Positions 27,460 through 34,873 of a stretch of DNA of 64,000 nucleotides are shown in pieces (positions within the stretch are counted from its first letter, which is position 1; the number at the start of each line of letters is the position of its first letter). A program made the position numbers and the translations under genes. The DNA comes from a virus. A model generated the notes under the pieces. The model saw nothing but the letters and a program-made list of their open reading frames with translations, was not told where the DNA came from and did not search any database. Location: the IMG/VR virus record IMGVR_UViG_3300020599_000004, positions 63,831-127,830 of that record, one strand, 5' to 3'.

Positions 27460-29715
27460 ATGTCGCAATCTCTTGCAATGGCACTGCGCGCCTCCCTGGA
27501 GGATGGTGAACAGGCTGACCTGCTGCCCGAGGGCGAAAACGGCCAGCAAAAGTCCCAATCCACCGGCGGTAGCGATGGCCTGGATGAAGGTCGCCGTTCG
27601 GCTGATGCCATCATCATCGACACCGCTCCGGGTGAGCGCATCAACATCGGCGAACCCACGGCCGTCGATCCGCAAGCGCTGATCTCCGCCGCCGTGCAAG
27701 GCCACGAAGCAGCTGACCAGGTCGAAGATCTGGCCGACGAAGCCGAAGCTGTGCTGGACGCCACCGGCGGTAGCGATGGCCTGGTCATACCGCCGCCCGC
27801 GGACGCCGGTGCGCCTGAAGTCCAAGAAGGCGGTGACACCGCTGCCGACCCGCTGCTGGACGGTACGGCTGCTGCTGTCGATACCGATGCAGACGGTAAC
27901 GGCACTGGCGATGAAACTGAAGCGGCCGCCGCTGCTGCCCAAGCAGAAGCCGACGCCGGTACCAGTGAGCTGGGCGATGCCTCTACCGAGATCGACCCGG
28001 ATGCTGCCGAAGGTTCCGAAGACGAACTGACCGAAGAGGAAGAGCTGGAAATCGCTGCCGAATCCATCTCCCTGCGCATGATGGGCATCCTCCAAGGCTT
28101 CGACATGCAAGGTCGTCTGCCGTCGATGGAATCCAACATCCCGGCTCGTCAACGCCTGATGGGTCTGGTCGTGCATGGCCGTGCAGCGGCTAAGGCTCTG
28201 CGTAAGCAGGTCCGCAAGTCTCTGCGTTCTTCGCTGGAAGATATCGTCGATGTCGACGATGACAGCATCAACAACGAACTGGAAGAAATCGCTGACAAGG
28301 CCAACGATGGTTCCTTCCAGGAGTGGGCCACTGAGCTGAACACCGCAGCCACCACCGTGGCTGAGCTGAACGGTCTGGCTGAGAAGTCCGAAGCCCTGGC
28401 TGAAGCTGCCCCTGACGCGCCGGTGCAGCCGAACCAAGTCACGGTCGAGGCCATGGCCCAGACGCTGAACGCCCTCTCCGGTCGCTACGGCATCCGTGTG
28501 CAGATGGAAAGCCTGGAGAGCCTCGATGGTTACGCCGGCTCCCATGCCAACATCGCTCGCATGGCCCGTCGCTACGCCTCCCACCTGGAAGATGGCATGC
28601 AGGTCTCCGTCGAGGCCATGCCGTTCAAGTACGTGTTCAACGCCCTGCGTGGCCTGGAAGGTCTGAACGTCGAGTTCGACAAAGCTGCGGCCGAACTGCG
28701 CAAGAACGCCGACCTGTATAAGGAAGGTGCGGTGGCGATCAACCACCTGGGTATCTTCAAGTTCCTGACCGTCAATGACAAGCAGGTGACTGACATCCCT
28801 GCGGCCATCGCGGACAACAACAAGAAGATCCTGGGCTTCTTCGACCTGGGCGAAGAGCTGCACAAGGACGCCGAAGGCTACATCAAGGCCATCCTCGATG
28901 CAGACATGACGACCCAGGAAGGTCGTGACGCCATCAAGCAGAAGCTGCGCGGCTCCGCCAACGTCAGCAACAAGCTGAAGAAGCTGCAAGGTCAGGCGCT
29001 GCTGGGCAACCATACCGTCGTCGTCACCGATGACACTGCCACGGATGACAACGGTGCTGAGCACGACAGCTACCTGTCGGCGTACTTCGACAAGCAGAAG
29101 GTCTCCCCGACCAACAAGGCCGCCTGGTGGGCGCGTATCCCGGCCGGTGTGCTGGGTGCTGCTGCGGGTGCCAAGACCCTCAGTGAGCTGGTGGGTGGCG
29201 GCGTCTCTCCGCTTGTGTTCGGTGCACTCGGCGGTGGTCTGGTCGGCACGGTGGCAGCCACCGGGGTCTGGGCCTACGGCGTATATCGTGGCGGTAAGTT
29301 CATCGGCGGTCAGTCGATGAAGAACGTCGACATCATTGCCAGCGGGCTGAAAACCAAATCCGAGACCAAGGTATCGGACATGGCCAAGATGCTCGATGAG
29401 ATGAAGACGCTGGGCCGTAAGGCGCTGGAGTACCGTCGTCTGGTGAAAGGCTCCTACGACCGTTACCTGGAAGTGGACAGCCTGATCGAGGGCAAGATGA
29501 AGGCAGCTGACATGCCCAAGGCCGAGCTCAAGGATATGCGTAAAGCTGTCCAGGTGGCCATGGGTGCGCTGCAAACCGAGTTCGTCGTGTACGAACTGGG
29601 TGTGGATGCGGCGACCTTCACCCTGCGTGGTACTCTGAACCTGGTCGAGAAGCTCAACGCAGCAGCTGAGAAGATCAAAGGCGGTAAAGTCGCCGAGGCA
29701 CCTGCTTCGGCCTAA
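27460..29715 (+). CDS. internal head / ejection protein with long acidic propeptide
   Basis: About 751 aa with many S-[LMV]-E sites, an acidic N-terminal region, a Gly-rich hydrophobic segment near the C-terminus, and strongly biased codons. Confidence 0.7.
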   Translation: MSQSLAMALRASLEDGEQADLLPEGENGQQKSQSTGGSDGLDEGRRSADAIIIDTAPGERINIGEPTAVDPQALISAAVQGHEAADQVEDLADEAEAVLDATGGSDGLVIPPPADAGAPEVQEGGDTAADPLLDGTAAAVDTDADGNGTGDETEAAAAAAQAEADAGTSELGDASTEIDPDAAEGSEDELTEEEELEIAAESISLRMMGILQGFDMQGRLPSMESNIPARQRLMGLVVHGRAAAKALRKQVRKSLRSSLEDIVDVDDDSINNELEEIADKANDGSFQEWATELNTAATTVAELNGLAEKSEALAEAAPDAPVQPNQVTVEAMAQTLNALSGRYGIRVQMESLESLDGYAGSHANIARMARRYASHLEDGMQVSVEAMPFKYVFNALRGLEGLNVEFDKAAAELRKNADLYKEGAVAINHLGIFKFLTVNDKQVTDIPAAIADNNKKILGFFDLGEELHKDAEGYIKAILDADMTTQEGRDAIKQKLRGSANVSNKLKKLQGQALLGNHTVVVTDDTATDDNGAEHDSYLSAYFDKQKVSPTNKAAWWARIPAGVLGAAAGAKTLSELVGGGVSPLVFGALGGGLVGTVAATGVWAYGVYRGGKFIGGQSMKNVDIIASGLKTKSETKVSDMAKMLDEMKTLGRKALEYRRLVKGSYDRYLEVDSLIEGKMKAADMPKAELKDMRKAVQVAMGALQTEFVVYELGVDAATFTLRGTLNLVEKLNAAAEKIKGGKVAEAPASA
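27560..27784 (+). repeat. 24-nt direct repeat (TGGSDGL) at 27560-27583 and 27761-27784
   Basis: CCACCGGCGGTAGCGATGGCCTGG occurs twice, identical. Confidence 0.9.
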
Positions 29716-29732
29716 CTGCCTGCTACACCCCC

Positions 29733-29768
29733 CATAAACGAGGGACCCTAGGGTCCCTCGTTTATGCC
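29733..29768. terminator. palindromic hairpin (CATAA...TTATGCC family)
   Basis: CATAAACGAGGGACCC-TA-GGGTCCCTCGTTTATG-CC. Confidence 0.8.
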
Positions 29769-29796
29769 GAATACCTAGTGTTGAAAAGTCGATTCC

Positions 29797-29819
29797 AAAA
29801 ATCTTCAGTGATACATTGT
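29797..29819 (+). promoter_or_regulatory. putative early (vRNAP) promoter
   Basis: AAAAA-N10-TACATTGT; compare the phiKZ early motif TATATTAC preceded by an A-tract. Confidence 0.7.
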
Positions 29820-29901
29820 AATGGTGACACTGCGACACTGAAAGACTTCGCAGCTGTCAAATCCCTAAATATCTCAGTTGATCTACACTAGGAGTTACAC
29901 C

Positions 29902-30213
29902 ATGCAAAACGAAATCATCGCCACTGCTGCTGCCACTGCTACCGAAGCTGCTCCGGCCGTCGTCGACACCGTCGTGAAATCCGGTGTCCTCGCGACCATC
30001 GGTCTGGGTGTCGGTGCAGCGCTCAACGCCGCTGCCAACGCCCACCCGGCCATCAAGGTCGGCGTGGGTCTGGTGGGCCTGGGCGTCGCAGGGCTGGGTG
30101 CTCACAAGCTGTGGAAACAGCGCGTGGCCAAGAAGCTCGCCAGCGTGAGCGAACCCAAGCTGGCGGATGCAGCGCCCACCGCGGAAGCACCCGAAGCACC
30201 GGCAGCCCAGTAA
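29902..30213 (+). CDS. small early membrane protein
   Basis: AGGAG RBS; hydrophobic Gly/Ala helices followed by KLWKQRVAKK. Confidence 0.75.
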   Translation: MQNEIIATAAATATEAAPAVVDTVVKSGVLATIGLGVGAALNAAANAHPAIKVGVGLVGLGVAGLGAHKLWKQRVAKKLASVSEPKLADAAPTAEAPEAPAAQ

Positions 30214-30305
30214 CCCTGGGCTGTAACACCACACCGTAAAAAGAAATGTATCCTGCCCTGTATATACAGGGCAGGATCTTAAGCTGTTTTTTAGGAGTGA
30301 TACAC

Positions 30306-30599
30306 ATGGACATGAACGTAGTCGATATGATCGTAGCGGTAATCCTTTTCTCTGCCGTGGTCTTCTGGGCCATGGGTCTGCTGCTAGGGGCAGTGGGTAA
30401 TACCGAGAACTGGTTGACTGAAGCTGTGGTACGCTTCGCCGGTATCGATCAGATCTACTTCATCGGCGCGATGGGTACGCTGGCGGTGGTGGCTGTCAAG
30501 TTCGGGCTGTGGGCTACGGTTGGCGTGATCCTGTTCGCCACGGTGCTCATGATCGTGCAAGACTTCATCATCAAGCCCGCTGATCCCATCGCCAACTGA
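30306..30599 (+). CDS. small multi-pass membrane protein
   Basis: AGGAG RBS; three hydrophobic segments in 97 aa. Confidence 0.75.
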   Translation: MDMNVVDMIVAVILFSAVVFWAMGLLLGAVGNTENWLTEAVVRFAGIDQIYFIGAMGTLAVVAVKFGLWATVGVILFATVLMIVQDFIIKPADPIAN

Positions 30600-30615
30600 A
30601 TCCGAGGAAGAGAAC

Positions 30616-30885
30616 ATGCAAGAGGTCATTACCACTGCTGCTGAAGCTGTACCGGTTGTCGCACAGACGGCAGGTACTCGCCTGCTCAGCGTTACCAGCG
30701 AGCTCGCCAAGGCCCATCCGTACCTGGGCGTGGCGGCCATCGCGGGTACCGTGATAGCCACTGCGGGTCTGCTGACCCTGCGACGTCGCCGTCAACCGCC
30801 GTCCGACTTCCTGGTCGGTATCCGCGAGACCTGGGTGGATCACGTTCGCCTACAAGAACTAAAGCTGGCCGAACAGGCCTACTAA
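30616..30885 (+). CDS. small early membrane protein, paralog of 29902
   Basis: GAGG RBS; MQEVITTAAEAVP...AHP-TM-RRRR. Confidence 0.75.
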   Translation: MQEVITTAAEAVPVVAQTAGTRLLSVTSELAKAHPYLGVAAIAGTVIATAGLLTLRRRRQPPSDFLVGIRETWVDHVRLQELKLAEQAY

Positions 30886-30893
30886 GGAACCTC

Positions 30894-30913
30894 GGGGGAG
30901 CTACGGCTCCCCC
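30894..30913 (+). terminator. hairpin/terminator
   Basis: GGGGGAGC-tacg-GCTCCCCC followed by T-rich sequence. Confidence 0.6.
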
Positions 30914-30944
30914 TGGGTATTCCCTTTCATTTTGCTTGGATTGT

Positions 30945-30967
30945 AAAACTAATCAGTCCTACATTAC
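30945..30967 (+). promoter_or_regulatory. putative early promoter
   Basis: AAAA-N11-TACATTAC. Confidence 0.6.
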
Positions 30968-31071
30968 CTCCTTGCTACAGGAGGTTCTGTAATTAAATAC
31001 GGAACCTTTCTGTCATGTGCACAGGGCGACTTACGCCCACATCGCGACCGTTGAATAGAGGAAACATTCGA

Positions 31072-31551
31072 ATGACTACCGCTACCGAAAACAAACTCGA
31101 GAAAGTCGACGCCAAGACCATCGCCCTCGCCGACCGCCTGCAACCCGGCCTGAAGTTCGACGCTGAAGGTAACGGCACCGCTGACGACGCCGTCATCGCC
31201 GCCGAGTACGAAAGCGAAGGCCTGAGCATCGACGGCGCCAAGTCCTACCAGCGTGTGGCCCTGCGCGTCGCCGACGCCCTGACCCTGGCCAACGGCCGTG
31301 CCGGTACCGAGTTCCTGGGCAAGAACAAGGACGTCGATCGCGTCTCCACCACCGTCAAGATCGGCACCGACCACATCACCACCGAGTTCGGCCGTCAAGC
31401 CCAGCTGCGCAACCCGGGCACCGGCGAGACCTTCATCAAGTACGGCATCGCTTCCACCAAGCTGGCCTCCGGCATCGGCGCCAAGCGCGGTGACTACAAG
31501 CGCATCCAGGAATCCCTGTCCGAGTCCGCTGCCAGCGTCTTCGGCCAGTAA
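31072..31551 (+). CDS. highly expressed hypothetical protein
   Basis: 159 aa, GAGG RBS, extreme C-ending codon bias, own promoter and terminator. Confidence 0.8.
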   Translation: MTTATENKLEKVDAKTIALADRLQPGLKFDAEGNGTADDAVIAAEYESEGLSIDGAKSYQRVALRVADALTLANGRAGTEFLGKNKDVDRVSTTVKIGTDHITTEFGRQAQLRNPGTGETFIKYGIASTKLASGIGAKRGDYKRIQESLSESAASVFGQ

Positions 31552-31578
31552 GCGTCAACGGTCGCCGGCGACGGCACC

Positions 31579-31630
31579 CAGGATCAGGCGTGAAAGCGCC
31601 TGATCCTGTTTTATGCCTTTTTTCTTTTTT
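31579..31630 (+). terminator. intrinsic terminator with TTATGCC
   Basis: CAGGATCAGGCG-tgaaag-CGCCTGATCCTG, then TTTTATGCC and a T-run. Confidence 0.85.
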
Positions 31631-31641
31631 GTGGAGGAAAC

Positions 31642-31758
31642 ATGGCTGCCCCTGAGTGCCGTTACTGTAAGTCTGAGGACGCACACCTGTTTATCATGGG
31701 GAGTCTGAGGACTCCCCGCTTTATGCCGTTATCACTTGATCCCAAATATTTTCAGTGA
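31642..31758 (+). pseudogene. truncated zinc-ribbon ORF (one CxxC only)
   Basis: GGAGGA RBS, MAAPECRYCKSEDAHLFIMG; it then reads through a hairpin and stops inside the promoter motif. Confidence 0.45.
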
Positions 31759-31766
31759 TACATTGT
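31744..31766 (+). promoter_or_regulatory. putative early promoter driving the GIY-YIG gene
   Basis: Shares TTCAGTGATACATTGT (16 nt, identical) with the promoter at 29797. Confidence 0.7.
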
Positions 31767-31806
31767 TATCGTGATCCCATGGCATAGATAACTTAAGGAC
31801 ACCATC

Positions 31807-32379
31807 ATGCCGGCTTATTACATCCTTACCCATAAACCTACGGGAATGTATTACATAGGCTCGACTTCCAATCTGATCAAGCGCCTTAGCCGGCACAAGT
31901 CTGCATTGAATAGCCGTTCCCATGAATGTGCTAAATTACAAGAAATATACACCTGCTGGGAAGATATCGAGATCGTTTCTCACGAAGTTGGTTCCATCGA
32001 GGAAGCCCGTCGAATGGAACAAGATTTACTTAACACTCATTTCAGGAAATCGAAATGCTGCAATACATCTTCAAGTGCTGAGCCATTCGGAGATATGACC
32101 GCTGAAGATCGAAGCAATCTTCATCGCGGTCATAAGTACAATCTAGGCAAAGCCCATTCGGACGAAACGAAGGCGAAAATCGGAGCAGCAAGTTTAGGGA
32201 GAACAAAGTCTCCTGAGGTGCGTCAAAAGATCGCCGCTGCAAAAAGCAAGAAGGTTTCCATCGATGGGACTGTTTACGATAGCATCAAAGACGCTGCTTA
32301 TAAACTAAACCTGCCCTACATGACTGTATCAGGTAGACTCAAGTCAACGAGATATACAGCTTGGTTCTACATTGAGTAA
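31807..32379 (+). mobile_element. free-standing GIY-YIG homing endonuclease (Seg-like) with NUMOD3 repeats and C-terminal HTH
   Basis: AYYIL...YYIGSTSNLIKRLSRH, Glu in RMEQDLL, CCN; NUMOD3 repeats HSDETKAKIG and KSPEVRQKIA; SIKDAAYKLNL HTH. AT-richer than its neighbours. Confidence 0.93.
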
Positions 32380-32425
32380 GATTGTCTTAACCTTAATCCA
32401 GCTGATAAAGCTAAGGAGCAACATC

Positions 32426-32815
32426 ATGTCGTTCATCTCTAAAGTGGTAACTGGTGCGTTCATCGGTCTGGCTGTCTACGCAGTTGCTGAGCGCGTCAAG
32501 AAGAACCGCCAGTTCCGTCAGGACCTGGATGCCCTGAGCAACTTCGATGCTAAAGGTTGCGTGGATCGAGCACTGGCTGGCGTACAAGACAGCCTGGCCA
32601 AACAGAACCTGGCCACCGCCGAGTCTTTCAAGAAGCGCGCTATCGAACTGCGCGAAGAAGCTGACAAGGCACTGAAGGAAGGTAACCTTGATCTGGCAGC
32701 TTTCCTCTCGGCACGCGCTACTCGTAATGACGAGTTGGCTGACGCCTACCACAGCGCCTGGTTCAACAAGAAAGGCGTCAACCAAGAACCCGTCTGGACC
32801 CCGTCCGCTAACTAA
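32426..32815 (+). CDS. membrane-anchored hypothetical protein
   Basis: AAGGAG RBS; N-terminal hydrophobic helix followed by RVKKNR, then a coiled region. Confidence 0.75.
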   Translation: MSFISKVVTGAFIGLAVYAVAERVKKNRQFRQDLDALSNFDAKGCVDRALAGVQDSLAKQNLATAESFKKRAIELREEADKALKEGNLDLAAFLSARATRNDELADAYHSAWFNKKGVNQEPVWTPSAN

Positions 32816-32826
32816 AGGTAAGTAAC

Positions 32827-33096
32827 ATGAACCAGGAACGCTGTGTGATTCCCAAGGAACTCATGGCGTTCCTTGGTCCGCTGGAACGTCAGTACAACGA
32901 CCTCAAGTCGAAGTGCGAGTACCTGCGCAAGAAACACCTGATCTTGATTGAACAGAATGAGTGGGTCATGGCCGACGAGACCATGACCCATTTCCTGGCA
33001 ATCGATCGGGAAATGCAGGGGTTGTCAGCGATCATCGTCGACGCCTACCTCAAACATGACGCTCTCCAGCGTCAGACTTACAAGCTGGTTGCATAA
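32827..33096 (+). CDS. hypothetical protein
   Basis: 89-aa ORF in the early operon. Confidence 0.7.
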   Translation: MNQERCVIPKELMAFLGPLERQYNDLKSKCEYLRKKHLILIEQNEWVMADETMTHFLAIDREMQGLSAIIVDAYLKHDALQRQTYKLVA

Positions 33097-33106
33097 GGAG
33101 TCATCC

Positions 33107-33217
33107 ATGATCAGTTATTTCGCGAAGGGTTTCTTCGCAGGCCTCGCCATCACCATCGGCATGTACGCTATCCAGCACGCCGAAGCTTCCTACAACAATG
33201 TCCGTGGAGAACGTTAA
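33107..33217 (+). CDS. 36-aa membrane peptide (not in ORF track)
   Basis: AAGGAG RBS; MISYFAKGFFAGLAITIGMYAIQHAEASYNNVRGER*. Confidence 0.65.
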   Translation: MISYFAKGFFAGLAITIGMYAIQHAEASYNNVRGER

Positions 33218-33218
33218 C

Positions 33219-33368
33219 ATGATTCGCATGATCTGCTGGACCCTGGGCATGGGCGCTGGCGCTGTCGCCGCTCGCATCACCATCAACGAAGTCAAGCGCT
33301 ACCAAGCTGTCCATGGTTCCATCGTGGGTAACGTCAAGCGCAAGCTCGGCTTCCACGCGGCTAAGTGA
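33219..33368 (+). CDS. 49-aa membrane-associated peptide (not in ORF track)
   Basis: GGAG RBS; MIRMICWTLGMGAGAVAARITINEVKRYQAVHGSIVGNVKRKLGFHAAK*, followed by a terminator. Confidence 0.65.
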   Translation: MIRMICWTLGMGAGAVAARITINEVKRYQAVHGSIVGNVKRKLGFHAAK

Positions 33369-33374
33369 GTTGCA

Positions 33375-33420
33375 CCATGAGGACCTTCGGGTCCTCATGG
33401 TATCCTTTTCTTTTTTGTTT
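33375..33420 (+). terminator. intrinsic terminator
   Basis: CCATGAGGACC-ttcg-GGTCCTCATGG then a T-run. Confidence 0.9.
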
Positions 33421-33426
33421 CCAGGC

Positions 33427-33463
33427 GGCATAAACGGGAGGGCCTCTACGCCCTCCCGTATGG
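33427..33463. terminator. GGCATAA-family hairpin
   Basis: GGCATAAACGGGAGGGC-ctctac-GCCCTCCCGTATGG. Confidence 0.7.
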
Positions 33464-33464
33464 C

Positions 33465-33893
33465 TCAGAATGGGTTAAGGTAGGAGTCCTGCTCCCACGG
33501 CTGCTTAGGGCCCTTGTAGCGCATTGTAGGCTGCATGGAGAGGGGGTCTGCGACCTTGACCTCCTTGAAGGGCACTGCCTTGAACGTTTCCGGGAAGGGA
33601 ACGCGGCCTTTGGTGGTCTGGATGTAGTAGATACCCGTACCATCGACTAAGTGCGTATGCTTGACTTCGTACTTGGAGAAGCCCAGGTACATGTAGCTGT
33701 CGTGTTTGGCAAAGACTGGGATGATCCCATCCAACTCATCGATCGCTTCACGTAGCTGTCGCAGAATAATCGGCGAAGCGCTATCGTCAACGCGCAGGTA
33801 GCCGGTGATCGAGTTGAAGTTGAAGTCGTGCTGATTCTCCAGCTCTTTCAGCAGATCGATCAGCGTGGAGGTTGGCAATTTGTTCATTTCCAT
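33465..33893 (-). CDS. hypothetical protein
   Basis: AGGAGA RBS before MEMNKLP at 33893. Confidence 0.65.
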   Translation of the reverse strand: MEMNKLPTSTLIDLLKELENQHDFNFNSITGYLRVDDSASPIILRQLREAIDELDGIIPVFAKHDSYMYLGFSKYEVKHTHLVDGTGIYYIQTTKGRVPFPETFKAVPFKEVKVADPLSMQPTMRYKGPKQPWEQDSYLNPF

Positions 33894-34006
33894 GCAACAC
33901 TCTCCTAACACCAGGGACGTACTTCACATGATCTCATACTGCCATCAGAAACTACAGTAACGGCATACGAAGGGGAGTCGAAACTCCCCCGCGTACGAAA
34001 GCGTCC

Positions 34007-34873
34007 TTACGGACGGAGGAAGGTGCGCGATTCCTCGTTGACCTGCTCGACGTAGCCGTACTGGGAAGCCAGCACGTCCGGGTCGATGGTGTCCACGAAG
34101 CTCGGCTTGAGGTTCGGGTTGGTACCGGTCTTGTTCATCGAGTCCAGGATCTTCTGGCCGAATTGGTTTACGGCCCAGCCGACCTGTTGCAGGCCGGTGT
34201 ACTGGATCGACAGCGAGACGCCTTCGCCATCGGCGGTCTTGTCTCGACGACCGGTGTCGTCACCGGCGGTGGTCGGGAACATGTTCCCGATCAGCCAGCA
34301 GCGCTGAACCTTGGTGAAGGTCGGGTCCGGTTCGATGAACGCCATGGTCATCGAGTAGACGTCCGGCAGCAGGTCGGTCACGCCGGTGATACCACGGGTC
34401 ACGATGTTCGGTGCCTTGGTGTCCGGGTCCATGATCAGTTCGGTGATCCAGTCGCGGTGCAGTGCCTGGATCGGCATGCCGTACTTCTCCGGCACCGTCA
34501 TCACCGGCTCAGAACGTGCCCGGGTGACGTTGGTCGGGGTTTGTTGCATCTCACCCGCACCGGAGACCGGGGTCTCGTTGGTGGTGACGGTGAGGGTCTT
34601 GTTCAGACCTTCCCAGGTTTGTGCGTGCATTTCCACGACCGCCTTGAGGGCATTGACGTAGTCCATACCGTTGGGGAGGTACAGGAAGCCACGCGGAACC
34701 TCGATCAGCTTCGCGATCACGTTACGACGGATGTAGTCCGTGTTGGCGTGGAAGTACCGCAGATCGGATTGGTAGGCGTTCTGCCCACCAATCGCGAGGT
34801 TCACCATGGGCGCGGTCTGGAACTGACCGTAAGCCCTGCCCGAAGGCAGGACCGAGTCCTTGTTACGAGACAT
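34007..34873 (-). CDS. tail tube protein (phiKZ gp30-like)
   Basis: 288 aa, coupled directly downstream of the sheath gene, with highly expressed codon bias. Confidence 0.8.
   Translation of the reverse strand: MSRNKDSVLPSGRAYGQFQTAPMVNLAIGGQNAYQSDLRYFHANTDYIRRNVIAKLIEVPRGFLYLPNGMDYVNALKAVVEMHAQTWEGLNKTLTVTTNETPVSGAGEMQQTPTNVTRARSEPVMTVPEKYGMPIQALHRDWITELIMDPDTKAPNIVTRGITGVTDLLPDVYSMTMAFIEPDPTFTKVQRCWLIGNMFPTTAGDDTGRRDKTADGEGVSLSIQYTGLQQVGWAVNQFGQKILDSMNKTGTNPNLKPSFVDTIDPDVLASQYGYVEQVNEESRTFLRP

Noticed and set aside
27418-29838. 806-aa minus-strand ORF
   Set aside because: It is the antisense shadow of the strongly codon-biased head-protein gene; no RBS or recognisable motifs.
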